A stretch of DNA of 64,000 bases from Pirellulales bacterium (GCA_963733035.1 CAVTBU010000010.1:1-64000), one strand, 5' to 3'; counted from the first letter of the stretch, positions 1 through 10,075 are shown. Notes: generated by a model not told the origin, from the letters alone. Translations and numbers: made by a program.

Positions 1-1744
1 AAACTGCTCGACGTCGAGGAGATTTCGCAGCCGAGCAGTTCGTTTACGTTCGGCCGCGCCACGGCAGGATACATCTTGGTGACGGCCGATTGCCGTGGAA
101 CGGGAACCGCCGCGATTCGGCTCGACGACGTCGCTGAACCGATTGCGGTCATCGAGCGCGATCAAGACGCCGCCGAGCGCAGCGAAGCGTTCCGGAACAT
201 TGCGAGCGGAAAACATCAGCTCAAGGTCGAGTGCTCGGGAGACATTGAGGTTGAAAAGCTGGTGGTCAAGGCGATCCCCGAGCTGTTTCACTGCGGCCTG
301 GGCTTCGACCCGGCCATCAAGTCGTACGGCAAATACGACCTGGCGTTTCTCAAGAACGACATTCTGCCGAACGTGACGTCGCTGGTCGTTCCACACGGAA
401 TCCAGCTCGAGCCGGCGACGATCGACGATTGGCACCGCCAGGGAAAGCGGTTCGTCGCCGCGGTCGGGATCAGTTCGCAGGCCAAAACGGCCGACGAACA
501 TTACGACTACTGGACGGGCTTCTTCGAGAAGTCGCCGTTTCTCGATGGCATCTTCATCGATGAATTCATCGTCAACCAGCCGATTCGCGAGTGGTTGCGT
601 GTCGTTACACCCGAACGCCAGCGCAGGTTCGATGCGGAGAGCGCAGTACCTGGTCTACGAAGAGGCGTTCCGAAAGATTCGCGCGGACCAGCGATATCGA
701 GACAAGATGGTCTATGCCTACATCGGAGGCAGCGGCAAAAAGCTGAACCAGGAAATCATCGGCCCCACGTTCGTGCATGGCATTCTGGATTGCGACTTTC
801 GCATCGGTCTGGAACGCTACATCTTCGAAGTCTCCAGCGAGCAGAAATCCAAGGACGCGCTGCAACTGTTCGTCGACGGGATCGCCGATTGGGTCGCCAA
901 GGAGCCGACCGTTCGAGAGCAGATGGTGATGTCGCTGGGTCTGTTCTCGATGCCGCCCGGGGGAATCAACAAGCAGCCCAACGTCGACTTTCACGTTTGG
1001 ATGGACCAGCAGATGAACGTGGTGGCCAATCATCCGGTGATGGCGGGCATGGGGGGGCTGAACTGGTGGACCTCGCTGCAGGCCGACGAGGAGACGGTCC
1101 GCTTCGTGGGCAGGCTCTATCGCCACTACGCCCTGGAGGGAAAGACGGATTTATTGACCACCGATCCGCTCTTTCTGACGCACATCGAGAACGCCGATTT
1201 CGAGAAGGGGTCTAAAGGCTGGACACTGCACGCGGCGGAGGAAGGAAGCATCCAGGCCAAGAGCTTCCCGCGCTATGGCCGGATCGAAGGGCGCTACATG
1301 GGCCTGGGCCGGCCGGCCGACCCGGAACACATCGGCGATACGTTTCTGTGGATGAAGCGCAGTGAGAAGGGGCCCAATACGTTCTCGCAGCCGATCAAGG
1401 ATCTGCAGCCCGGCCGCCTTTATTCGCTCAAGATGTTCAGCTGCGACTTTCAGGACCTGGTGAACCCAACCAAGAAAACCAAAGAGGAGGCCCAACCGTT
1501 TATGGGAAACGTTTTGCTTGAAGGAGTCGAGGTCGACACCGCGCGTTCCTTCCGCGAGGCGTATGCATCAAGTCCCGAGCCGCCGATCCCGGTTTGGATC
1601 ACGTACCACTGGATCGTCTTTCGGGCAAAGTCCGACAGCGCCAAGCTCACCGTCTCCGACTGGGATCCGGAACAGACGTCGACCGGCACGTTCGGCCAGG
1701 AGCAAACGTTCAACTTCCTGGAGCTTGAGCCGTACCACGAGTGA
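1..1744 (+). CDS. Hypothetical protein, 5'-truncated by the window edge, with an apparent frameshift near 640
   Basis: Frame 1 is open from base 1 (KLLDVEEISQ...FDAE). Protein-like sequence continues in the 545..1744 ORF (RAQYLVYEEAF...ELEPYHE*). Restoring 2 nt in the GAGAG run joins the halves. Confidence 0.7.
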
Positions 1745-1809
1745 GCGAGTAGCCTGGGCGACATGTGCGACAAATCTGGGTTGCCTGCCCGCACGATTTC
1801 TTGGGCTGG

Positions 1810-2388
1810 CTATGGCTTCTTTGCCGCCACAGGTTTCACCGCGGCGATCGTGCCGTTTTTGCGCAGGTCTTTGCTGAAGCCGAGGGTGGCTTCGAACTGC
1901 TGGTCGGGGAAGCCTTCGACCGTGACCTTCGGTGGAGAGCAATAGCCGGAGCCGCGGTTGGTGATGACGATCCGCTTGATCTTGCCTTGGTTGACGAGGG
2001 CGTAGGCCTTGGCTTCGGTGGTGGGCCACAGCTCCCCGTCTTGCGGGCGGAAGCGATAGTAGTTGGAGACCTCGTCGAGCCGTTCGTTGGTGACGTGGTA
2101 AGGAGCCAGCACGCTCATCAGCGCCGCCTTGTTCTTGCGCGCCTCCACGCCAGTTGGTCCACGACCGCGGGCGGGCGTGACGCCGCTGAAGGCCTGGCGA
2201 AACACGTCGGGCTTCACACCGAGCCCGGCAGCGATTAGTGCGACAGGCCGTCCGAAATCGCCTTTGCCAATTTCGTGCCCGCCGGAGAAAGTGACCTTCG
2301 CGCGGATGTGGGCGGCCGAGCTGGGGCCGGTCGCCGCGAGCAGTGCCAATGGAACGAGCGCGGCAACGAACGTTGGACAACGAGGCAT
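1810..2388 (-). CDS. Secreted hypothetical protein
   Basis: 192-aa ORF with a signal peptide (MPRCPTFVAALVPLALLAATGPSSAA) and AGGAG upstream. Confidence 0.7.
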   Translation of the reverse strand: MPRCPTFVAALVPLALLAATGPSSAAHIRAKVTFSGGHEIGKGDFGRPVALIAAGLGVKPDVFRQAFSGVTPARGRGPTGVEARKNKAALMSVLAPYHVTNERLDEVSNYYRFRPQDGELWPTTEAKAYALVNQGKIKRIVITNRGSGYCSPPKVTVEGFPDQQFEATLGFSKDLRKNGTIAAVKPVAAKKP

Positions 2389-2564
2389 TGGTGCGGTACT
2401 CCTGGAGATGCAAAAGTGCGATTGCCCGCGGAAGTCATCTTAGCATGCCAGTCGAGCGCAGGCAGCGCGCCGCGGAGTAGCTGGAGGATGCTCGACCCGG
2501 CGGCACGGACCGGTGATAATCTACCGGTGTTGGTTCAACGCAACTTGTTTGGGAGCATGTCGCG

Positions 2565-3065
2565 ATGTACAGCTTGCGAAGTTCGCGTCGTCGACCGCGG
2601 CAACGGCAATTGGCGATCCTGGTCGTTTCGATGCTGGCGCTCGGCGGTGCGGCCGGGGCAGCTGAGGAAGAGCAGCCCGACGCGACGTCGGACCGGCCGT
2701 ACGTCGAGGCGCGCGAGCAATTGATCGTTGAGCTTTATGTGCGCAACGTGAAACAGTCGACGGCGTTTTACGAGCGACTGGGTTTCAAGGTGGTGCGCAA
2801 GGAGCCGACGTTCGTCGAACTGGGCTGGGCGGACTCGCGGCTGTATCTCGATCAAGTTGCTGGTCAGCCTGAGCCGCCCGCCACGCTGGTTGCGAACGTG
2901 CGGATCATGGTGCCCGACGTCGATCGCTACTGGAAGCTGTGCCAGGAAATGAAGCTGCCGGTAAAGCACGCCATTGGCGACCGTTATTATGGCCTGCGCG
3001 ATTTCACGGTCGTTTCGCCGGACGGCATCGGCCTGCGATTTGCCTCGAAGCTCGAACAGAAATGA
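2565..3065 (+). CDS. VOC/glyoxalase/bleomycin-resistance family protein with signal peptide
   Basis: VOC motifs ELYVRNVKQSTAFYERLGF, VPDVDRYW and YYGLRDFTVVSPDG; hydrophobic N-terminal leader. Confidence 0.85.
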   Translation: MYSLRSSRRRPRQRQLAILVVSMLALGGAAGAAEEEQPDATSDRPYVEAREQLIVELYVRNVKQSTAFYERLGFKVVRKEPTFVELGWADSRLYLDQVAGQPEPPATLVANVRIMVPDVDRYWKLCQEMKLPVKHAIGDRYYGLRDFTVVSPDGIGLRFASKLEQK

Positions 3066-3110
3066 GGCTTTGAAAAACGGACCGATGCAGCGCCGATTGA
3101 CGCGCCATTG

Positions 3111-4460
3111 TCAGCGATCAGCTTCCTTGTCTTGAGCGGCCTTGGCGATAAGTTCGGCGATGCTGCGTTCGAACTCTTCGGGCGGCGTCATTCGGCTGAG
3201 GCGCGCGTCCTGGATGATTCCGCGGTGATCGAGCAGGTAGATGGTCGGTACTCCCTGGATATTCCAGGCTTCGGTAATTGGGCCGCGAGTGCCGTCCCAC
3301 CAGCAGCGCCAAGTGATGTCGCCGGAGGCCGTCGACTCCTTCAGGGTATCGATTTTTTCATCGCGGCTGACGCTCAACAGCGCGAACGGCTGGTCGCGAA
3401 ACCGCTCGACGAGAGCGCGCTCGAGCGGATAAAGCTGGACGCAACCGCCGCACCAGTCGGCCGAAAACGTCAGCAGCACCACCTTGCCGCGATAGTCGCT
3501 CAATCGAAACGGTTCGCCCTCGGAATCGGTGCCCGCGATTTCGGGCGCTCTTTGCCGGGCGCCAACTGGTTCCGTTCAAACCAGAGAGCCTTGGCCAGAT
3601 CGCCGTAGGTTTTGGGGGGCTCGAGTGGTTCGCTGTGCAGGAACACCTGGGTCGGTCCCGACCACCGCCAATCCGTCGCGGGGACGTCGCCATACTCGTC
3701 GATGACGCGCGTGAGAACCCGTTCAATTTCCGCCGACAGCTTCTCCTCGTCGTAGGGAAAGTTGTCGTTCAGGTAAGGAGTGATAACGATTTTCCAGAAC
3801 CGCTCGTTGTTGGCGACCTTCGACTGACGTTCGATTTGCTGACTGCGGGCATGCGAGGTGCTGATCGTATTGAAGTATTTAGCCAGGCTGAAGCCGGCGG
3901 CAGCACGTGCCGCCCGCGTGGGAGCGCTCGCGAAGGCGTGCCTGAGAAAGGCTTCTTCCTTGTGCGAGGGGAGCGAACCGCTGACAAGCGTGAAGATGTG
4001 GACCACGCGAGGGTCGGCCATGTGGTGCTGTTCGACCAGATCGAGTGCCTGCTCTTTGAGCTGCCAGGGCTGTCCGTAGACGTCGCCGGTGTGATATCCG
4101 CCGCGTCGGATGAGCACGGCGAGCGCGTCGAGTGCGAAGGTCGACTGGGGATGGTCTTTGGCCAGCGAGAGAATGCGTGGCAGCACGATTTCGTCAGGCC
4201 CCGGATGGTCAATTTGCAACTCGCGCTCTTGTCGCAGCCACTCCTCGTCGGACAGCTTGGCGTCGGACTCCTCGGCGCCATCCGGCGGACTCAGCTGTCG
4301 CCACTCGCGCCAGAGATTCTCATTCTCCGTCCCCAGTTGTTCGAGTTCGGCGGCGACGGGATCCTGGTCCGCCGGGCTGCCGGCTGGTTCCGCGGCGCTC
4401 ACCGGGATAGGATACCAGCAAGCAAATGATTGCCACGTGACCTGGCATGTCGAATCGCAT
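3111..4460 (-). CDS. Exported TlpA/redoxin-family thioredoxin-like protein with helical N-terminal region (frameshifts near 4408 and 3550)
   Basis: GAAGGAGG RBS before ATG 4460. C-terminal redoxin reads APEIAGTDSEGEPFRLSDYRGKVVLLTFSADWCGGC (CxxC) and WNIQGVPTIYLLD. Split across three frames. Confidence 0.8.
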
Positions 4461-4583
4461 GGTGCGCCTCCTTCGGGTTCGCGGGGAGCGTGGCTTCTAT
4501 TGCTTACGATTCTACCTGAAGCTGCATTTCCGTGCGATTGAGAAAAGAGCCATCCGGCGCGTGCGCTGAATTGCCGCGATCGT

Positions 4584-5045
4584 TTACGGCTCGTCGGTTG
4601 GCCAGGTCGAGATCCCGAGCGAGCCGGAGATGAAACGCTTGCCTTGGGTGTCGCCGGAAACTTCGAGCCAGAGAGGGCCTTCGCGGGGCGTCACGCGGAT
4701 CGCATATTCGAGGAAGTCGCAGCAATTGCGCTCGGCTTTCACCCAGTTTGCCAGATCCAGGATCAAATCATCGTCGGCCGCAAAACGTAGGGCATAACCT
4801 GACTCCAGTTCGCGAATCTCCTCGATCCGCGGCCGAATGTTCGTCTCGAACAGGGTGCGACGCAGGGCCTGTTCGGCCGCTGGCAGCCGGCAATTCGGTC
4901 CGCACGCGTCGCCGGCGGGCGGCACTGCATCGTCGGAGTTTGTAGCCATGCAACAACACACTGGGCAAGAACCGGTTGCACATGCGGTTCGCCAGGCCGC
5001 CAGTAGCAGAAGCACGCTTCCGCCCACGAGAATGGTCATCCGCAT
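4584..5045 (-). CDS. Cys-rich exported protein with ERxCCxF motif, downstream of MerR
   Basis: ATG 5045 with GGAGG RBS; signal peptide; CPVCCC, ACGPNC and AERNCCDFL motifs. Confidence 0.75.
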   Translation of the reverse strand: MRMTILVGGSVLLLLAAWRTACATGSCPVCCCMATNSDDAVPPAGDACGPNCRLPAAEQALRRTLFETNIRPRIEEIRELESGYALRFAADDDLILDLANWVKAERNCCDFLEYAIRVTPREGPLWLEVSGDTQGKRFISGSLGISTWPTDEP

Positions 5046-5083
5046 CGATTTGCCTCCGAAGAATGGAATGTTTGGCAAGACTT

Positions 5084-5506
5084 TTAAGAGCGCGCCCGCT
5101 CGTCGAGTTGCTTGCTGGGAATTAAATTCGTCACGGCCGGGCAAGCCTCATGGCTGTGGCCCGGGCACTTCTGTCGCAATGCGATTAGCCTGCGGCGTGT
5201 CTGCTCGAGCTCTGAGATGCGTTGTTCGAGCTCGGCAAGTTTGGCGTCGACATGAGACCGCAGAGTCGCGCACCCAGGGTCGCGCTGCTGATTGCCGGCA
5301 ACCTCCTTGATTTCGCGGAGCGTGAATCCGAGCGTTTGAGCGGTCCGGATCATCAGCACCCGCCGCAACTCGTCGGGGCCATACAAACGGTAGCCGTTGG
5401 CCGATCGCGCCGCCGGCTGCACGAGTCCGCGCCGCTCGTAGAAGCGAACCGTTTCAATGCCAACGCCGGCTTGGGCCGCGAGTCGTCCGATCCTGAGCAT
5501 CTGCAT
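5084..5506 (-). CDS. MerR-family heavy-metal-responsive transcriptional regulator
   Basis: HTH IGRLAAQAGVGIETVRFYERRGL; GYRLY; AQTLGFTLREI; Cys79, Cys114 and Cys122; GGAGG RBS before ATG 5506. Confidence 0.92.
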   Translation of the reverse strand: MQMLRIGRLAAQAGVGIETVRFYERRGLVQPAARSANGYRLYGPDELRRVLMIRTAQTLGFTLREIKEVAGNQQRDPGCATLRSHVDAKLAELEQRISELEQTRRRLIALRQKCPGHSHEACPAVTNLIPSKQLDERARS

Positions 5507-5525
5507 TTCGGTACCTCCGTGGTGG

Positions 5526-5557
5526 ATTGTACAGCCTGTACCATGGTACGGAGTCAA
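5526..5557 (-). promoter_or_regulatory. MerR-type promoter/operator (-35 TTGACT, 20-bp spacer with dyad, -10 TACAAT)
   Basis: Minus strand reads TTGACT-CCGTACCATGGTACAGGCTG-TACAAT and contains the perfect palindrome GTACCATGGTAC. Confidence 0.85.
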
Positions 5558-5763
5558 GCCCCGTGCCGCTGTTGGGAGAAACGCGACCAGAGGCGCCGCG
5601 TGAAGCTGGTTGGATGCGCCGCCCGCTCGGAAGTGGCACCAGGTACGGGGTCGGCGGGAATCGGGAGTGGACGTGCCGCTTGTCGTGCTAAGATGACGGT
5701 CGCCGTGGGCGGGACTGCAAGCGGCAACCTTCGCGCCGGTGTTGATCGTCTTTGTTCAGGTTA

Positions 5764-7404
5764 ATGACGTCCACCATGAGCACAATTGAACCCTCTGAAT
5801 CGAGCGTCCCAATCCGTCGTTGGCCAAACCGGCCGTGGGTTCCCCCGGTGAGCCTGGCTCTGGCGGCGGCGCTGATGCTTGTCACGTACATGATCCCAAT
5901 CAAAGGGGTCGACTACAGCCAAAGAACGAAGGTGGCCGTCGCGATTGCGGTTCTGGCGGTGGTGATCGTCATTGGCTGGTTTGTTTTACTCTCGAGCCTG
6001 TCACGGAAAGTCCGAATCTGGGGCGTCGCGATCGTGGCAGTGATGGTGGTGACGCCAGTGCTGGCCGTGCGACGGATCGAGTTCTCCGGCGAACTGATGC
6101 CGATCATCGACTTTCGCTGGTCGCCCGATCGCTCCGACGTGCTCGAAGCGCATCGTGCAAAACAACAGCACGGCAAACCGCAGGGCGGCGGTGCGATCGA
6201 TCAAAGCAGCGCGGAGCCGATCGCCGCGAGCGCGCACGACGTGTTTAATTATCGTGGGCCGAATCGCGATGGTGTGATGGAAGGAGCGCGGCTATCGCGC
6301 GATTGGTTGGCGCATCCGCCGAAGCTCGTGTGGCGGCAGCCGATCGGCGGGGGCTATGCTTCGTTTGTGGTCGCCGGGCCGCTGGCCATCACGATCGAGC
6401 AGCGACGTGATCGGGAAGCGGTCGTGGCGTACGATTTCGACACCGGACTGGAGCGCTGGAAGTTCGACTATCCCGCTCTATTCAGCGAAACGCTGGGGGG
6501 CGACGGACCGCGCGCCACGCCCACCATTCACGACGGCAAAGTCTATTCGCTGGGCGCCACCGGCGTGCTGGCCTGCCTCGACCTGGCGAGCGGCCGACCG
6601 ATTTGGCACTTCAACGTGCTCGACGAAAACGGCGCGGGCAACCTGGATTGGGGCATGGCCGGTTCGCCCCTCGTGGTTGGAGACGTCGTGATCGTTAGCC
6701 CCGGCAATCAGAAGGGCTCGGCCGCGAGTCGCTTGCTGGTTGCGTATGACCTGGCCAGCGGCAAGCGCGTTTGGGGAGTGGGCCAGACCAAAGCAGGGTA
6801 CGCCTCCCCGATGCTGGTCACCGTGGCGGAGCATCCGGAGTTCGTCCTCTTTGACGGGGTTGGTTTGGCCGGGTTCGATGCCGCGAAACCAGCCGAACTG
6901 TGGCGCGCACCGTGGAAGAGTCAATTCGAAATCAACGCGTCGCAGCCGGTTGCCGTTGGAGACGATCGGTTTTTGATAACGTCGGCCGCCGGCGCAGAAC
7001 TGGTTCAGGTAAGCAGCCAAGACAATAAACTGTCGGCCGAGACGGTTTGGAAGAACAACAAACTGAAAGCGTATTACGCCAGCCCCATTGTGTATGAAGG
7101 GTACATCTACGGCATCGACGACACGCTGCTGGCCTGTCTTGACGTGGCAACTGGCCGGCAGCGCTGGAAGGCCCGTGGCGGCGATTATGGCCACGGCCAG
7201 ATACTGCGCCGCGACGACTTGCTGCTGGTGCTATCCGAGGCGGGGGAGTTGGCCCTGGTGGAAGCCACGCCCGAACGATTCACCGAGTTGGGCCGGGTCC
7301 AAGCGATCGAGGGCAAGACCTGGAACAACCCGACGCTTGCCGGCAGCCGCGTCCTGGTGCGCAACCACCTGGAAATGGCGGCGTATGATCTGGCGACCGA
7401 GTGA
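5764..7404 (+). CDS. PQQ-binding-like beta-propeller (BamB-like) protein with N-terminal TM helices
   Basis: YRGPNRDG, GDGPRATPTI, GMAGSPLV and GKTWNNPTLAG motifs; three N-terminal hydrophobic segments. Start uncertain (5752/5764/5776). Confidence 0.88.
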   Translation: MTSTMSTIEPSESSVPIRRWPNRPWVPPVSLALAAALMLVTYMIPIKGVDYSQRTKVAVAIAVLAVVIVIGWFVLLSSLSRKVRIWGVAIVAVMVVTPVLAVRRIEFSGELMPIIDFRWSPDRSDVLEAHRAKQQHGKPQGGGAIDQSSAEPIAASAHDVFNYRGPNRDGVMEGARLSRDWLAHPPKLVWRQPIGGGYASFVVAGPLAITIEQRRDREAVVAYDFDTGLERWKFDYPALFSETLGGDGPRATPTIHDGKVYSLGATGVLACLDLASGRPIWHFNVLDENGAGNLDWGMAGSPLVVGDVVIVSPGNQKGSAASRLLVAYDLASGKRVWGVGQTKAGYASPMLVTVAEHPEFVLFDGVGLAGFDAAKPAELWRAPWKSQFEINASQPVAVGDDRFLITSAAGAELVQVSSQDNKLSAETVWKNNKLKAYYASPIVYEGYIYGIDDTLLACLDVATGRQRWKARGGDYGHGQILRRDDLLLVLSEAGELALVEATPERFTELGRVQAIEGKTWNNPTLAGSRVLVRNHLEMAAYDLATE

Positions 7405-7447
7405 TCGCGGCAGGGATCGCGACGTCTGCCGTTGGATGGACGCCCAT

Positions 7448-8152
7448 TTACGCGTCCCGTTTTTCCTCGGCCGCAAGTACGCGCTTGAGCGCGTCGGCAC
7501 GGCGCAATTGGATGTCGGCATCGGAATCCGCGGCGACGGCATTAAGTAACATGCGAACACGCTCGGTTTGCTTGCTGGCAAAGACGCCCGATTCGGTCAG
7601 ACGCAGGCAGGCCTCGGCCATCTCGAGAGATTGTTCGCTCGACCTGTCAGGGACGTGAAACAGCGTCTCGTACGTCTCGCGATCGCGGGCAATGCCCTGT
7701 TGGCGTTTGCGACACTCGACGCAGCGCACGCAGTCGGACTCGAGACCGAGGCCGAGCTCCTCGTACCAGTGTTTTTGCTCGGCGGCGAAAAAGATGAACG
7801 GGCGCCGGCAATCGTGGCAGGTGCGCGCTAGATCAAAGTAGTGAGTTACCGCGACGGTCGCCGGCATCTGGCGCGCGAGATCGGCGACAATCGCCGTGTT
7901 CGGAATGCGATGCGCGCGGTCGGCATCCGACCAGGCTTCGCCGTACGGCCACTTCTCGCCCATTGCCGCTTCGTATTGGGCGATCAGCTCGTGGTGTTTG
8001 ATCACATTCCAATGCAAGTGGACCCCAGGGTCATTGGGGCTGAGGTTCAAACCGGTGATGCGTGGTCGACGACCGTAGCGGGGGTGTTCGACGAAGTCAG
8101 CATACTTGTCGGGCTCTCGCGTCAGCGGTTTGCTTTTTTTGCGCCTGGACAT
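7448..8152 (-). CDS. Zinc-ribbon domain protein (zf-trcl-like)
   Basis: CHDCRRPFIFFAAEQKHWYEELG...VRCVECRK, i.e. two CxxC pairs with the FxFxxxEQ motif. Confidence 0.8.
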   Translation of the reverse strand: MSRRKKSKPLTREPDKYADFVEHPRYGRRPRITGLNLSPNDPGVHLHWNVIKHHELIAQYEAAMGEKWPYGEAWSDADRAHRIPNTAIVADLARQMPATVAVTHYFDLARTCHDCRRPFIFFAAEQKHWYEELGLGLESDCVRCVECRKRQQGIARDRETYETLFHVPDRSSEQSLEMAEACLRLTESGVFASKQTERVRMLLNAVAADSDADIQLRRADALKRVLAAEEKRDA

Positions 8153-8176
8153 GGATAATTCGCCAGTTCCGCATGT

Positions 8177-8330
8177 TCACGTGTGCACGTCGACGAGCGT
8201 CACACCGCGGTTCGTAATGCTCGCCTGGCAGAACATTATATAGAGTGGGATGCCGAGCTCGAGCAGCGTCATGGCGATGAAGATCGGGCCGGGCAGTCCG
8301 ACAGCCGACATCGAAACCAAGCCGAACAAC
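8177..8330 (-). pseudogene. Possible C-terminal remnant of a small membrane protein (DUF4345-like)
   Basis: GLVSMSAVGLPGPIFIAMTLLELGIPLYIMFCQASI resembles DUF4345 C-termini (from memory, not searched). No credible start. Confidence 0.3.
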
Positions 8331-8570
8331 GTAAGGATCCTGAGGGGCAACTCTGACCTGCCGTTCGGTAGCGCTCGCGTTGTTGCGCAATTTGCAAGTG
8401 CGCGGCAGGTAAACCCACACCTAACTTTTGCAATTGCTACAATCCGGGTAGGTGGCCGGCGGCGGGCTGTGGGTGGCCGTCTGAGCGGACCTTGACGACC
8501 GGTGTTAACGGTCCCTTCTGTTTCGGCACGCTTGCCTGCTGCGAGCTGCTTCACATCTTGTTCGCAAGTT

Positions 8571-8730
8571 CCTTGTAGGCTGTTGAAAAATGCCCTCGTG
8601 GCATTTCTCAACCTCGCGAAGTGCGGAGCCAAGCTTCGCACCGCTCGCGAAATAACGACTTTCGTCGGCTATTTCGTCGTCGCATCCATGCGATGACGCC
8701 GCCCGTCGAGTTTTTCAACCGGCTGCAAGG
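8571..8730. mobile_element. MITE-like structured element with 20-bp imperfect terminal inverted repeats
   Basis: Left CCTTGTAGGCTGTTGAAAAA and right TTTTTCAACCGGCTGCAAGG are 17/20 complementary. Four internal hairpins; no transposase. Confidence 0.6.
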
Positions 8731-8772
8731 CCGTTTCACTTCTCCGTCGACCTCAATTCAAGGAGCCGTGCC

Positions 8773-10002
8773 ATGCTGCGCCAACGTCGTCTCTCCCGTC
8801 GCGCGTTTACCATCGTTGAATTGCTCGTGGTGGTGATCATCATTGCGCTTGCGATTTCGCTGCTGCTACCGGCCGTGCAGAGCGCACGCGAAGCGGCGCG
8901 TCGTTCGTATTTGGTGAATCAGCAGAAGCAGATGCAAATTGAGGCCGAGCAGGGTCTGGTTCAGCCCACGACGCCGCAAACGACCGCCCGAGTTCGGGCC
9001 TTCGAGGCAAAAGTGACCCTGACACCGCGATTGAGCGTGGGAACTTCGGCTCCCGAGTCGATTTACGAGGCGCGTTTCGAAGGCAAGCTGCGCGCTTCGC
9101 ACCCCGACGGCAAGGACGGACCGTGCGAAATCGATTTGCCGCTGCCGCCGCAGATCATCTCGCTGGCCGACCTGGCGGTGAAGGTAGGGGATCAATCGGC
9201 CGACAGCGGCACGGGCGGCGTCTCGCTCCGTTGTGGGCGGCTCGTGTGGCAGGGGAATTTGCCCGCCGATCCGACGCCGATCGACGTGACTTACAGCGCC
9301 GTGGGCAAGGGACTTTATGAACTGGCGCTCAATTCCGGCGGCATGCTCGACAAGTATGACGTGACGCTGGTGGCCAGCGGCTCGGACGTGCGTCAGTTCG
9401 AGCTGTCGCTGCAGCCGACGAGCCTCGAACATTCGGCCGGCAGCAGCACGTACGCCTGGAACTATGAAAAGTTGTTGTTCGCGCAGCCGGTGCGCGTGGA
9501 CGTGCTGGGCATTGCCCCAATCGATCGGCTCGGCGAGTTGACGTGGCTCGGCCCGTTGAGCGTGCTGGCGTTTGGCATCCTGGTCGGGCTGGTGGTGCAA
9601 GCCGTGGGCGCCGAGCGGTTCGACGTGTGGATGCTGCTCCTGACCGTCGGTACGTTCGCCGGCGCCTACCCGCTGATGTACTTCGCCCAGGAATACATCT
9701 CGCTCGGTCCGGCCGTGGTGGCCAGCGCCGCGGTGGCCGTGGCCATCATTGGCGCCCGATCGGTAACGCTGATGGGTTGGAAGCCGGCGCTGGCCGGAAT
9801 CGTCGTCCCGGCGGCGCTGATCATGACCGTCACACTCGTGGCCGCGATCTGGCCCTCGCTGCAAGGCATGCTGCTGACCAGCGAAGCCCTAGGATTCTTC
9901 ATCGCCGCAATGATGTTGATGCCGAAGGTGAACGCGGCGTCGAGCCGGTTTTGGGTGTTGAGCCGCGGGCCGGTGAAGGCGGAGCTGGCGGGAGGAGGGT
10001 GA
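8773..10002 (+). CDS. Prepilin-type N-terminal methylation/DUF1559-style leader fused to a beta-rich domain and multi-TM (CreD-like) C-terminus
   Basis: [36 protein letters not shown] leader; about 5 hydrophobic helices after [17 protein letters not shown]. Confidence 0.8.
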   Translation: MLRQRRLSRRAFTIVELLVVVIIIALAISLLLPAVQSAREAARRSYLVNQQKQMQIEAEQGLVQPTTPQTTARVRAFEAKVTLTPRLSVGTSAPESIYEARFEGKLRASHPDGKDGPCEIDLPLPPQIISLADLAVKVGDQSADSGTGGVSLRCGRLVWQGNLPADPTPIDVTYSAVGKGLYELALNSGGMLDKYDVTLVASGSDVRQFELSLQPTSLEHSAGSSTYAWNYEKLLFAQPVRVDVLGIAPIDRLGELTWLGPLSVLAFGILVGLVVQAVGAERFDVWMLLLTVGTFAGAYPLMYFAQEYISLGPAVVASAAVAVAIIGARSVTLMGWKPALAGIVVPAALIMTVTLVAAIWPSLQGMLLTSEALGFFIAAMMLMPKVNAASSRFWVLSRGPVKAELAGGG

Positions 10003-10025
10003 GCGGGAATTTAGCGGCCGCGATT

Positions 10026-10065
10026 CCTGGGTGGCCCCGACAACAAGTTGTCGGGGCCACCCAGG
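10026..10065. repeat. Perfect 19-bp-arm palindrome (REP-like hairpin) between convergent genes
   Basis: CCTGGGTGGCCCCGACAAC-AA-GTTGTCGGGGCCACCCAGG. Confidence 0.8.
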
Positions 10066-10075
10066 GAATTCTGGC

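Noticed and set aside
8331..8641. N-terminal part of ORF 8177..8641
   Set aside because: Runs through the hairpin element and non-coding DNA; not protein-like.
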